The position numbers and the translations under genes are program-made. Shown here one piece after another: positions 1 to 8,837 of a stretch of DNA of 53,937 nt. Within the stretch, counting starts at the first letter, position 1, and each line of letters starts with the position of its first letter. Origin of the DNA: Alphaproteobacteria bacterium (lineage in GTDB: Bacteria; Pseudomonadota; Alphaproteobacteria; GCA-2746255). The notes under the pieces are model-generated. The model saw only the letters and a program-made list of their open reading frames with translations, was not told where the DNA came from and made no database searches. The stretch is from NCBI GenBank assembly GCA_021776275.1, contig JAJFGH010000074.1, positions 1 to 53,937 of the forward strand, read 5' to 3'.

Positions 1-80
1 TGCCTCGCGGCGGATGGAAAGGCCATACTTTGCACCGAAAAGCCGACCGCGAAAAGAAAACAAGGCCAAGGGAAACGGAT

Positions 81-164
81 ATGTGCAAGCAGTGGAAAAA
101 GCCTCGGGTCCAGGTGATCCGTATCGGCCTTGAGATCAACGCTTACGCCTGCTCGGAAGGCTGA
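81..164 (+). CDS. pqqA: PQQ precursor peptide PqqA (27 aa, too short for the ORF track)
   Basis: ATG at 81, TGA at 162-164. Translates MCKQWKKPRVQVIRIGLEINAYACSEG, which contains the PqqA Glu-x3-Tyr motif (EINAY). Lies 60 nt upstream of pqqB. Confidence 0.85.
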   Translation: MCKQWKKPRVQVIRIGLEINAYACSEG

Positions 165-223
165 TCTCGACCCTTTCACTTCATTGAACGCCTAAAAAAT
201 TTACCCACAACGGGAGATTCCGG

Positions 224-1156
224 TTGTTGCAGATTCGTGTTTTGGGATCGGCGGCGGGCGGCGGCCTCCCGCAGTGGAATTGCAATTGTTCGATCTGCCA
301 ACGTGCCCGCGCGAAGGACCCGATGGTTCGGCCCCGAACCCAATCGTCGCTGGTTGTGCGCGCCGGGGACGGCCCTTGGTTCCTGTTGAACGCCTCGCCC
401 GATCTGCGCCAGCAACTAAACGAAACCCCCGCCCTGCACCCAGCCGATATGGGCCGCGGAAGCCCCATCGGCGGCGCCGTTGTGACCAACGCCGACATCG
501 ACCACATTGCCGGGCTGTTGAACTTGCGCGAAAGCCAGCCGCTGCGCCTTTACGCGACGGCGCGCGTACAAGAAACGTTCAACGCAAACCGAATTTTTAA
601 CGCCCTCAACCCAGAGATGGTGCGTCGAAGCCCGTTCGCCCTTGGCCAGCCAACGCGCCTTGAAACCGCCGACAACGCCCCTTCGGGTCTTGTCGTCGAA
701 GCCTTCACCGTTCCGGGGAAAGTGGCGCTTTATTTGGAAGACCCAACCGCCGGCCCCAATTTTGGCAGCGTTCCGGAGGACACGATCGCGCTTCGGGTGG
801 CATCGGAGACGGGCGATCGCCATTTCTATTACATTCCGGGCTGCGCCACCTTTCCCGACCCATTGGCGGAGCGCCTGGATGGCGCGCCCCTCGTCTTCTT
901 CGACGGCACGCTTTGGACGGACGATGAAATGATTGCGGCAGGCGTTGGCATAAAGACGGGAAAGCGCATGGGACATATGAGCATTTCCGGCCAGGACGGT
1001 ACTCTAGCCGCCTTTCAGAAACTGGACGTGAAGCGTAAAATCTTTATTCACCTGAACAACACGAACCCCGTTCTTGTGGAAGACTCGCCGGAACGCAAAC
1101 GCGTCGAAGAGGCGGGCTGGGAAGTTGCCTATGACGGCATGGAGATTTGCCTGTGA
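224..1156 (+). CDS. pqqB: PQQ biosynthesis protein B (metallo-beta-lactamase fold)
   Basis: 310 aa. The N-terminus IRVLGSAAGGGLPQWNCNCSICQRAR is typical of PqqB. Position between pqqA and pqqC. Confidence 0.95.
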   Translation: MLQIRVLGSAAGGGLPQWNCNCSICQRARAKDPMVRPRTQSSLVVRAGDGPWFLLNASPDLRQQLNETPALHPADMGRGSPIGGAVVTNADIDHIAGLLNLRESQPLRLYATARVQETFNANRIFNALNPEMVRRSPFALGQPTRLETADNAPSGLVVEAFTVPGKVALYLEDPTAGPNFGSVPEDTIALRVASETGDRHFYYIPGCATFPDPLAERLDGAPLVFFDGTLWTDDEMIAAGVGIKTGKRMGHMSISGQDGTLAAFQKLDVKRKIFIHLNNTNPVLVEDSPERKRVEEAGWEVAYDGMEICL

Positions 1157-1893
1157 GCCCCGCGCCATTGACGCCAGAAGCCCTTGAAGAGGCATTGCGC
1201 ACTATCGGCCGCGAACGTTATCACGACCGGCATCCTTTCCACGCCCTTCTCCATGGCGGCAAGCTTGAGAGAGGACAGGTGCAGGCCTGGGCGCTGAACC
1301 GGTATTGCTACCAGGCGCATATTCCCATCAAGGATGGCGTGTTGTTGGCGCGAATGACCGACCCGGCACTCCGGCGGATCTGGCGGGTGCGCATCGAAGA
1401 CCATGACGGAACCCAGGAACGCGAAGGCGGCATCGCGCGCTGGCTGAAGCTGACGGACGGCCTTGGCCTTCCCCGGGACGAGGTCATCGCCATGAAGGGC
1501 GTGCTGCCGGCGACCCGATTTGCCGTCGAAGCCTATGTACATTTCGTCGGCGAGCGCCCCTTGCTTGAAGGCATTGCCTCCTCCCTGACGGAACTTTTTG
1601 CGCCGAAAATCCACCGCGAGCGGATCGCCGGCATGTTGGAGCATTACGACTTCATCGAGGACGCCACGCTCTCTTACTTCCGCAAACGTCTCGATCAGGC
1701 AACGCGGGATGCGGATTTCGCTCTGGATTACGTGAAACGGGAAGCGCGAACGGCGGACGCCCAACACCGCGTGCTGGGCGCGCTTACGTTCAAATGCGAC
1801 GTGTTGTGGGCGCAATTGGACGCGTTGATGCACGCCTATGTCGCGCCCGGCCAAATTCCGCCCGGCGCCTTTCAACCGAAAGACGCGTCCTGA
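1147..1893 (+). CDS. pqqC: Pyrroloquinoline-quinone synthase PqqC
   Basis: 248 aa with PqqC-like sequence (RYHDRHPFHALLHGGKL..., NRYCYQ). The start may instead be GTG 1153, which gives a GTGA overlap with the pqqB stop. Confidence 0.95.
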   Translation: MPVSPAPLTPEALEEALRTIGRERYHDRHPFHALLHGGKLERGQVQAWALNRYCYQAHIPIKDGVLLARMTDPALRRIWRVRIEDHDGTQEREGGIARWLKLTDGLGLPRDEVIAMKGVLPATRFAVEAYVHFVGERPLLEGIASSLTELFAPKIHRERIAGMLEHYDFIEDATLSYFRKRLDQATRDADFALDYVKREARTADAQHRVLGALTFKCDVLWAQLDALMHAYVAPGQIPPGAFQPKDAS

Positions 1894-2177
1894 TGGCCCG
1901 CGTTGAGCTGAACGCCGATGCGGTGCCGCGCTTTGCGCCGCATGTGCAGTTTCGCTTCGATGCGAAGCGCACCCAATGGGTCATATTGGCGCCGGAGCGC
2001 CTTCTTGTACCGGATGCGATTGCCGTTGAAGTGCTTCGCCTTTGCGACGGGCAGGCATCGATTTTCACGATGGTCGCCGCCCTTGCCGAAACGTATCAGG
2101 CCACCCCTGAAACCCTTGAAGGGGACATCTTGGAACTGCTGCAGGACCTCATGGACCAGGGAGTTCTTACCTTATGA
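1893..2177 (+). CDS. pqqD: PQQ biosynthesis peptide chaperone PqqD
   Basis: Internal ATG at 1893 overlaps the pqqC stop by 1 nt. The 94-aa product MARVELNADAVPRFAPHVQFRFD... is PqqD-like, and the gene order fits. Confidence 0.9.
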   Translation: MARVELNADAVPRFAPHVQFRFDAKRTQWVILAPERLLVPDAIAVEVLRLCDGQASIFTMVAALAETYQATPETLEGDILELLQDLMDQGVLTL

Positions 2178-3262
2178 GCACGCCCGAACCGCCCTTGGCC
2201 TTACTTGCGGAGCTGACCCACCGTTGCCCCCTGCAATGCCCCTATTGCTCGAACCCATTGGCGCTTGAAGGCGTCGAGGGAGAGCTTGGCACGGAGGAAT
2301 GGTGCCGGATTCTGGATGAGGCGGCGGCGCTTGGCGCCTATCAGGTCCATTTTTCCGGAGGTGAACCTGCCCTTCGCAAGGATCTGCCCAAGCTTGTCCG
2401 CCATGCGAGCGCCGCCGGGCTTTATACAAATCTGATCACCTCCGGCATCCCCCTCAATGGGGAAAAAATCGACGCCCTCGCCGGGGCCGGTCTCGAACAT
2501 GTCCAGCTTAGCTTGCAAGATACGCTGCCTGAGGAAGCCGACCGGGTCGCCAAGATGCCAGGCGCCCATGCAAAGAAATTGGAAATTGCCCGGTGCGTTC
2601 GCGAGGCCGGTCTCGCGCTTACGATCAATTGCGTTTTCCACCGCCAAAATCTGGAGCGCCTCGACGCGATGATCGAGCTTGCCGTCGCGCTCGGCGCGGG
2701 GCGGCTGGAAATTGCCCATGTCCAATATTACGGCTGGGCCATCGAAAACCGTCAGGCCCTGCTGCCCAGCCGCGACCAGATCGAAAAGGCAAACGCCCTG
2801 ATCGCCGACGCCGAGGCGCGGCTAAAGGGCGTGCTGCTCTTCGATCATGTGCCGCCGGATTACTACGCCCGGCGGCCAAAGGCCTGCATGGGCGGATGGG
2901 GACGGCAATTTTTGAATATCAGCCCATCCGGCAAGGCCCTTCCCTGTCACGCCGCCGAAACCATCCCGGACCTTCGTTTCGACAATGTCCGCGAGCGCAG
3001 CCTGGCCGACATCTGGGTTGAATCGGACGCTTTCCGGCGCTTTCGCGGCACCGGCTGGATGCCGGAACCCTGCGGGTCCTGCGACAGGCGGGAAATCGAC
3101 TGGGGCGGCTGCCGGTGCCAGGCGCTGATGCTGACGGGCGATGCGGCGCAGGCGGACCCAGTCTGCGAGCTTTCCCCCGACCATGGCCGGATCCTTCAAA
3201 TGGTGAAAAACGAGGCCGGCCAGGAGGTCCCTCCCTTTCGCTATCGGCGGAAGGCAAACTAG
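2174..3262 (+). CDS. pqqE: PqqA peptide cyclase PqqE (radical SAM/SPASM)
   Basis: 362 aa with a CPLQCPYC radical SAM motif and C-terminal Cys clusters. ATGA overlap with pqqD. Confidence 0.95.
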   Translation: MSTPEPPLALLAELTHRCPLQCPYCSNPLALEGVEGELGTEEWCRILDEAAALGAYQVHFSGGEPALRKDLPKLVRHASAAGLYTNLITSGIPLNGEKIDALAGAGLEHVQLSLQDTLPEEADRVAKMPGAHAKKLEIARCVREAGLALTINCVFHRQNLERLDAMIELAVALGAGRLEIAHVQYYGWAIENRQALLPSRDQIEKANALIADAEARLKGVLLFDHVPPDYYARRPKACMGGWGRQFLNISPSGKALPCHAAETIPDLRFDNVRERSLADIWVESDAFRRFRGTGWMPEPCGSCDRREIDWGGCRCQALMLTGDAAQADPVCELSPDHGRILQMVKNEAGQEVPPFRYRRKAN

Positions 3263-3344
3263 GAACCGGTTGCAAGGCGCCCCTATCTTTTGGATACTGC
3301 GGGCGAATTTGCACAAGCCTTGTGGAACGCTCTGGAGAGAACAG

Positions 3345-3728
3345 ATGAGATCATCGAAGATTTTGGGCCTTGGCCTTGGACTCGCCCTTGCCCTAGCGCT
3401 GGCCAGCGGCTCGGCACTGGCAGGTGACGCAAAGAAAGGCGAAAAGGTTTTTAAGAAATGCAAAGCCTGTCACACGCTGGAAGCTGGCAAGCATAAGGTA
3501 GGTCCGTCTCTGGCCGGTATCTTTGGCCGGAAAGCCGGATCTTCGGAGGGCTTTAAATTTTCGAAAGCGATGCAAGAATCCGGCATTACGTGGAACGCGG
3601 AAACGCTGGATGCCTATCTTGCCAATCCGAAAGGCTACATTAAGGGCAACAAGATGGCCTTTCCGGGCGTGAAGAAAGAGGCCAAGCGCCAGAACCTAAT
3701 TTCTTATCTGGAAGAAGCGACGAAATAG
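3345..3728 (+). CDS. Class I c-type cytochrome (cytochrome c2/c550-like), secreted
   Basis: Start chosen at ATG 3345 after a GGAGAGA ribosome-binding site. Signal peptide [31 protein letters not shown] heme motif, and a distal Met in KMAFPG. Confidence 0.9.
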   Translation: MRSSKILGLGLGLALALALASGSALAGDAKKGEKVFKKCKACHTLEAGKHKVGPSLAGIFGRKAGSSEGFKFSKAMQESGITWNAETLDAYLANPKGYIKGNKMAFPGVKKEAKRQNLISYLEEATK

Positions 3729-3751
3729 CCCTCCCAGGTAAGTTTTTTTAG

Positions 3752-3785
3752 CGGCGTCGCCCCCATGGAGAGCGGCGCCGTTTTC
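3752..3785 (+). terminator. Rho-independent terminator after the cytochrome c gene
   Basis: Stem CGGCGTCGC / GCGGCGCCG with an 11-nt loop, followed by TTTT (3781-3784). Confidence 0.6.
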
Positions 3786-4503
3786 ATTGTTGCGCCAGCA
3801 CCGTTTCCAATTGCCGAAGCTTGTCATCGACGGAAATGTCCATTTCCGAGGTGATTTCAAGCTCGCGATCTTCATACACGTTCCGGTCCGGGTGCTGTTT
3901 TCCCCAGGCCTCCACGGCCAAATCGCGCCGTGCGATCAAATCAAAAATCTCGGGCTGAAAAAGCCGGACCATCGCCGTGACCCAGCGATTGACCGGCCAG
4001 GACGGACGCGCCTGGTCCATTTCGAATCGCGCGATCATTTGGCAAACGTCCTTCGCCACATACCATGCTTCGCCGGTTACCCAGCGGTTTGTCGTGAACA
4101 GGCTGGTCGGGAAGCCATAGGCGTCCATCGAGATCGCAATCAGATGGCTTAGCGCGCCGTTGCTATCCTCGGGCGTCTCGAAATCCGGCAAAGGGGCCGG
4201 CCGCATGCCCGCGGGCATGCCCTTCGGCCGCAAGAAGACGTGAAAATGGCCGTGTTCCTCCCGGTCTTCCCGATGGGAATGGTAATAATATTGGGAATGG
4301 GTTTCCCCATCATAGGCGTCCCCATCCGGGTAGTGATTCCACTGATAAAAGGTCTCGTGGCCACGGATCAGCTCGCCAACGATGTTGTCCCCGGTCTTGG
4401 CGAGAAGCCGGTAGCATTCCAGGATTTCTTGAGCGGCCGCCATCTGCGCCTCCAGCCGGGGGCGTGGGATCGAGGCAAGGGCCGTCTTTTCGCTTTCAGC
4501 CAT
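3784..4503 (-). CDS. Conserved hypothetical protein with a His-rich segment
   Basis: ORF 3784..4560. The likely start is MAESEK at 4503. Contains HSQYYYHSHREDREEHGHFHVF. No family can be assigned from sequence alone. Confidence 0.65.
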   Translation of the reverse strand: MAESEKTALASIPRPRLEAQMAAAQEILECYRLLAKTGDNIVGELIRGHETFYQWNHYPDGDAYDGETHSQYYYHSHREDREEHGHFHVFLRPKGMPAGMRPAPLPDFETPEDSNGALSHLIAISMDAYGFPTSLFTTNRWVTGEAWYVAKDVCQMIARFEMDQARPSWPVNRWVTAMVRLFQPEIFDLIARRDLAVEAWGKQHPDRNVYEDRELEITSEMDISVDDKLRQLETVLAQQ

Positions 4504-4762
4504 CCCGTTTTCCACCCCCTTCTCAAGCTGCCAAAACCCGATGGAGAACACAGTTAACAAAATTTATCCATCTTAATCAATTAGTTAGAAAAATCTCCGG
4601 TGGCGGGCCCCACCCTCAATCCAGGCCGACCGCCCAAAAGGGCGTAATTGACTAGATTTTCTGCCCTGTTGAAAATATGTTAGTCCACTCAATGGGGCAG
4701 CCCAACGCTAACGATAAAAAAACAAAGAATTCCCAGACAGATACACAGACGGTGAGGAAGCC

Positions 4763-5884
4763 ATGCGTTCAAGTTTCGTGAAATCCCTTCTGTCGTCCGG
4801 AGCGATCCTTCCATGGGTGATCGGAGCCGGCGTCGTAACAACCGCCGCACTGATCACGCACAACCCAGCCAAGGCGGAAATGGTTCAAAAGCCATCCATC
4901 GCCTTCGAGCAGGTTGCGGAATCAACGGATGCGCCGGAGACATTCATGCGCGGGGGTCATGAGTACAACGTCGTTAAATCGACCTATGACGGAGAAGCCG
5001 CCCTGCAGAGCTTTATGAAGCTCAACAAAGGTCAGTACCGGTTCTATCCGGACCCGGTGGACAACCCCGGCACGTTCTACGCGCCGAAGGGCTGGCCCTT
5101 CAAGAGCGGCGAAGTCATCCCGAAGCTCCTCGTTACGGGGCAAGAGGTTCTCGAGGAAGGTTTTGCCGCGAAGTACATTCTTGGCGAAGACCATGCCAAG
5201 CGCGTACGCCCAGGCGAGCCATTCGACTATGACCTTTTCGTTCTTGCCGTAACGTCCCTTTTCGCAACCGGCCTTTATTGGGAAATCGTCGTTTCCCGCG
5301 AGGGCGATACGCTGGTCGTCAACGCGATTGAATCCCCGGTCGTTCGCGGGGAAGTGGTGGGCCGCGAGGACTTGATGTCGGCAGAAGAAAAAGCCGCGCT
5401 CGAAGCGAAAAACAAACTCAACATGAAAGAAGCAAACGCGCTTTACGAAGCCGTTCGCTTCAAGATGATCGAGGGTTGGGAAAAATCAAACAACGAGATC
5501 GTTTCCGAATATTCCGAGTGGAAGCGCTACAACGTCGTTCCCTTCCAGACCGGGGAATTTACCGGCGATCAATACATCAATCTTTATGCAAATGAAAAAG
5601 TCGAGAAATGGGAAAATTTTGATCAAATGCCGATTGGGACCGTTCTCGTGATCGATAGTTTCCATGGCGATGCGGATCGCATCGGTTTCGCCGCCAGATG
5701 GAAAGCCGGCGAGCTGGTTATCTTGCAGAAGATGAAAAATGGCTTCAACGCCGCGACCGGCGACTGGAAGATTACTAAAATCGACCACAAAGGAGTGGCC
5801 CAGGACATCACCGAAGAAAAGGGTGTACGGTCGACCTACCTTTTTGCCCTGCCGGATGAATACAAGAAGACGATCTATTTCTAG
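4763..5884 (+). CDS. Secreted or membrane-anchored protein with a C-terminal cytochrome-P460-fold-like domain lacking CxxCH
   Basis: 373 aa with an N-terminal hydrophobic segment. The C-terminal about 130 aa aligns by eye with the two P460-like paralogs (WKRYNVVPF..., DSF..., KMKNGFNAATGDWK...), but the heme motif is replaced by STYLFALPDEY. Confidence 0.75.
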   Translation: MRSSFVKSLLSSGAILPWVIGAGVVTTAALITHNPAKAEMVQKPSIAFEQVAESTDAPETFMRGGHEYNVVKSTYDGEAALQSFMKLNKGQYRFYPDPVDNPGTFYAPKGWPFKSGEVIPKLLVTGQEVLEEGFAAKYILGEDHAKRVRPGEPFDYDLFVLAVTSLFATGLYWEIVVSREGDTLVVNAIESPVVRGEVVGREDLMSAEEKAALEAKNKLNMKEANALYEAVRFKMIEGWEKSNNEIVSEYSEWKRYNVVPFQTGEFTGDQYINLYANEKVEKWENFDQMPIGTVLVIDSFHGDADRIGFAARWKAGELVILQKMKNGFNAATGDWKITKIDHKGVAQDITEEKGVRSTYLFALPDEYKKTIYF

Positions 5885-5926
5885 GTTCGTCTCCATATTC
5901 AACGGGTAGAATTCGTTGTGAGAAAT

Positions 5927-5955
5927 TGGGGGGCGCTTCGGCGCCCCCCTTTTTT
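5927..5955 (+). terminator. Rho-independent terminator
   Basis: GGGGGGCGC-TTCG-GCGCCCCCC hairpin followed by TTTTTT. Confidence 0.75.
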
Positions 5956-6100
5956 ATACGATTTTAATTTGCGCCCGGCGCACATTGACACCCTGCCCAG
6001 AGGGCCCTAACTATTACTTGTCGCAGGCCAAATCTGGCGGGCGCGGCGGTTTTTTTGGCGCTTGCGGATTCCCCACATGAATGGGGAAAGGAGGATTTCC

Positions 6101-6739
6101 ATGGCAATGGCGTCTCGGAGCTTTCTGAAATTTCCAGCCTTTATCGGTGCTGCCTTTCTGTTGGCCGCGGCGATCGGCGGCGAAGCCGTCTCGAAAGAGC
6201 CTTTGACCGACGAGGGGGCGGAAATGACCTACAACGCCCTTCGTGCAGCCATGGTCGAGAGCTATCGGGCCGGCGGCGATGACACTGCCGCCGTCTATAT
6301 GGGCTGGCAGCGTTTTAACCGTGTACCGTTTCTTTCCGGAACCCATGGTGGGCGCTACAGCAACATCTATGGCAACGCGAAAGCCAGCGCCTATGGCCTC
6401 TTTGAAAAGGGGAAACCCCTGCCGAAAGGCGCGGTCCTGGTAAGAGACAGCTTTATGGCAGCCAAAGCCTGCCTTACGGGCAACGTAGCGCTTGGCGATA
6501 AAACGCCGCCGGGCGTCTTTGCCTGTTTTGGGCCGCTATTCGTTATGGAAAAAATGGAAAAAGGCTTCAATCCGGAGAGCGGCGATTGGCAGTTCACGAT
6601 GATTTTTCCGGGTGGCACCGTCTTCGGCACGACAAAGGGACAGGGCGCGGAAAACGTCGACTTTTGCATGAATTGCCACGAAGCGGCCGAACCGGACGAT
6701 TTTATCTTCTACACCCCGGAAGAATATCGGCCCAATTAG
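6101..6739 (+). CDS. Cytochrome P460 family protein (mono-heme, periplasmic)
   Basis: Start at ATG 6101 after an AAGGAGGA ribosome-binding site. Signal peptide present. C-terminal FCMNCHEAAEPDDFIFYTPEEY (CxxCH near the C-terminus) and GFNPESGDWQF are typical of P460/c-prime-beta family proteins. Confidence 0.8.
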   Translation: MAMASRSFLKFPAFIGAAFLLAAAIGGEAVSKEPLTDEGAEMTYNALRAAMVESYRAGGDDTAAVYMGWQRFNRVPFLSGTHGGRYSNIYGNAKASAYGLFEKGKPLPKGAVLVRDSFMAAKACLTGNVALGDKTPPGVFACFGPLFVMEKMEKGFNPESGDWQFTMIFPGGTVFGTTKGQGAENVDFCMNCHEAAEPDDFIFYTPEEYRPN

Positions 6740-6761
6740 ATCGCCACGAACAATCCTTCAT

Positions 6762-6800
6762 AAAAAAAGGGTGGAACCTTCCGGTGCCACCCTTTTTTTG
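6762..6800. terminator. Bidirectional rho-independent terminator between convergent genes
   Basis: A-run, then GGGTGGAACC-TTCC-GGTGCCACCC hairpin, then T-run. Confidence 0.7.
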
Positions 6801-6812
6801 TGCAACGAGGCG

Positions 6813-8093
6813 CTACCACTTTGCCCGTTTTACAGCCTTCAGATTGATCTCCGTCGGCTGCATATCCGTATTGAACTTGATGTTCTCATCCGTCATCAAA
6901 ATGGTGGCGTGGCCGATCAGAAAATCATAAACGGCGGACCATGTCGGCCATAGAACCTTGCCGTCCGGATCGTCCTCGGTCGGAAAAACGCGATACCCCT
7001 GAATTGTCGTCTTCCAGAGTTGGCCTTTCGGCGTGAAATATTCGCCCAGATAAGGGGTCCAGAGTTCCGCATCGACGTAAACCACCTTGCGGCTGTAGGG
7101 ATGGCTCTCCGGCGTCATGCCTTCAACGACATAGACTTCCCTAGGCTCCCATTCTTCCACCGGGTTCCAATGGGGGCGCGTCTCCAAATCGAAAACGGGA
7201 AATTGTTCCTTCGGCGTACTGCCCCTCGGGTTCCAAAAGGGCTTGGTCACGTTCGCGATGACAAGAATTTTCTTTTTCGCGAGAACCTTGAAGCCGTCAT
7301 ACCAGGTCGGGTGCGCGCTCAAGATCATAATATCGTCGCTGAGAAAATCCGTCGAACCCAGCTTGTCCATCCAGAATCCGCCCGAAAAGCGGCGCACCTT
7401 GCGCGCCGCGACCGCGTAGGCCAACAGCCAGTCCGGATCGCCGTTCACATAGCGAATCAGGACCAGTCCGTTCCCCTTCATGTCCTGTGGAGCCGTCAGG
7501 ACGCTGAGCGTTTTCTCGAGAATTCTTTTATTTTCCGACCCCGCGCCATTGTCGCGGCGAAGCGCACCTCTTACGAAGGCCCGTTTGACAAACTGTTTCT
7601 GAACACGTTCGAGACCGGTTTTCTCGTTGAGAAGCGCGATCACCGTGTTCGGGTATTCCTGGTTGTCCCCCTGCTGTTTGCCGAGGAACATGTTCCACAT
7701 GACTTTTACGCCCGCCTTGGGATCGTCGGGATCGATCACCGGAAAAGGCGCGCCGGCGACCCACCCGTTTACCTGATTCGAGGCATCGTCCAGCGTGACG
7801 ACGTCGACGTTCTGATTCGTCGCCGCCACCCATTTCGGGTCCTTCGGATGAGGCTTGGCGTGGGCCAGCTTCATCGTCAGTCCCTTTTCGCGGATCTGCC
7901 ACTGAAAATGTTCGGGGATAAGGCTTTGGATGGTTTCCCCCTCGAAGGTTTTTTCGAGAAGCGCGCCTAAATTCTTGGCGCTGATGACCGTTCCTTCCGG
8001 CACTTCCTCGGCCATGGCCGAGGTTCCGAAAATCAAGCCGGTGGCCAGGACGGCCCAAACCCAAACGTCCCGCATCTTGGTCTTTCCCATCAT
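6813..8093 (-). CDS. DUF1329-like (LolA-fold, lipoprotein-sorting-like) periplasmic protein
   Basis: 426 aa with a signal peptide ending SAMA-EE. The family call comes from remembered overall sequence character, not from a search. Confidence 0.7.
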   Translation of the reverse strand: MMGKTKMRDVWVWAVLATGLIFGTSAMAEEVPEGTVISAKNLGALLEKTFEGETIQSLIPEHFQWQIREKGLTMKLAHAKPHPKDPKWVAATNQNVDVVTLDDASNQVNGWVAGAPFPVIDPDDPKAGVKVMWNMFLGKQQGDNQEYPNTVIALLNEKTGLERVQKQFVKRAFVRGALRRDNGAGSENKRILEKTLSVLTAPQDMKGNGLVLIRYVNGDPDWLLAYAVAARKVRRFSGGFWMDKLGSTDFLSDDIMILSAHPTWYDGFKVLAKKKILVIANVTKPFWNPRGSTPKEQFPVFDLETRPHWNPVEEWEPREVYVVEGMTPESHPYSRKVVYVDAELWTPYLGEYFTPKGQLWKTTIQGYRVFPTEDDPDGKVLWPTWSAVYDFLIGHATILMTDENIKFNTDMQPTEINLKAVKRAKW

Positions 8094-8189
8094 CCTCTCT
8101 CGCTCCTACCCCATGAATTTTCCCCTAACCCATTAGCATAGAAAGCTTTTGGAAAAATACTAGGTGGCGCCAAGGGCGTTCGCCATAAT

Positions 8190-8837
8190 TTGCCGATTCG
8201 TCCGAACGGCCCTGAGGCCGGAACATCCGGGCAAGCGGACAGGCGGCCCGGCCGCAGGAGGGGGTGGAAAATAGCCGAGAGCAGGACGCCACCGGAGAAC
8301 CCCGGACGCCGCCGTTTTCTGAAATTCGGTCTTGCCGGAGCCGGCCTGATTTTCCTGGCCGGGCTGTGGCGCCATGCCGCCAAGGCGGCCCAGGGGGCGC
8401 CCGCCGGCTTTCGTTTCCTCACCACCCAGGATCGGCGAATTTTCGCCGCCCTTGCCCCTCGCCTGCTGGGAGAGGCCCTGCCAAGGGATGGGAGGGAAAG
8501 CCGCATTGCCGAGATCCTTGCCGCCATCGACCAGCTGGCAGCGGCGATGCCGCCGGTTATGCAGGCCGATTTACGCCAGCTTTTCGACCTTCTCGGCTTC
8601 CCCCCGACGCGGATCGCCCTAGCCGGCGTCTGGAGCGGCTGGGAGACGGTTTCCGAGCAGGAGGTGGACGCTTTCCTCGACCGTTGGTCGACAAGCACGT
8701 TTACGCTTCTCCAACTGGCTTACGCGGCCCTCCACGACCTTGTCATGGCCGCCTGGTACGACAACCCCCACGCCTGGGCCCGGGTCGGCTATGACGGCCC
8801 CCCGGACATCCCGGATGCGGTTCGCAAGGCCGTGTGA
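8190..8837 (+). CDS. Tat-signal small subunit associated with a GMC oxidoreductase (gluconate 2-dehydrogenase subunit 3-like)
   Basis: Twin-arginine motif GRRRFLKFGLAGAGL. Its stop overlaps the downstream GMC gene (GTGATG). The start codon is uncertain (TTG 8190). Confidence 0.7.
   Translation: MPIRPNGPEAGTSGQADRRPGRRRGWKIAESRTPPENPGRRRFLKFGLAGAGLIFLAGLWRHAAKAAQGAPAGFRFLTTQDRRIFAALAPRLLGEALPRDGRESRIAEILAAIDQLAAAMPPVMQADLRQLFDLLGFPPTRIALAGVWSGWETVSEQEVDAFLDRWSTSTFTLLQLAYAALHDLVMAAWYDNPHAWARVGYDGPPDIPDAVRKAV

Noticed and set aside
1-80. Possible end of an upstream gene or a pqqA promoter
   Set aside because: There is too little sequence to call anything. No clear -35/-10 pair was identified.
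8264-8794. Alternative-frame 176-aa ORF overlapping the Tat-signal subunit gene
   Set aside because: The 8190..8837 frame contains a genuine twin-arginine signal and is translationally coupled to the GMC gene. The alternative frame is Arg/Pro-rich.
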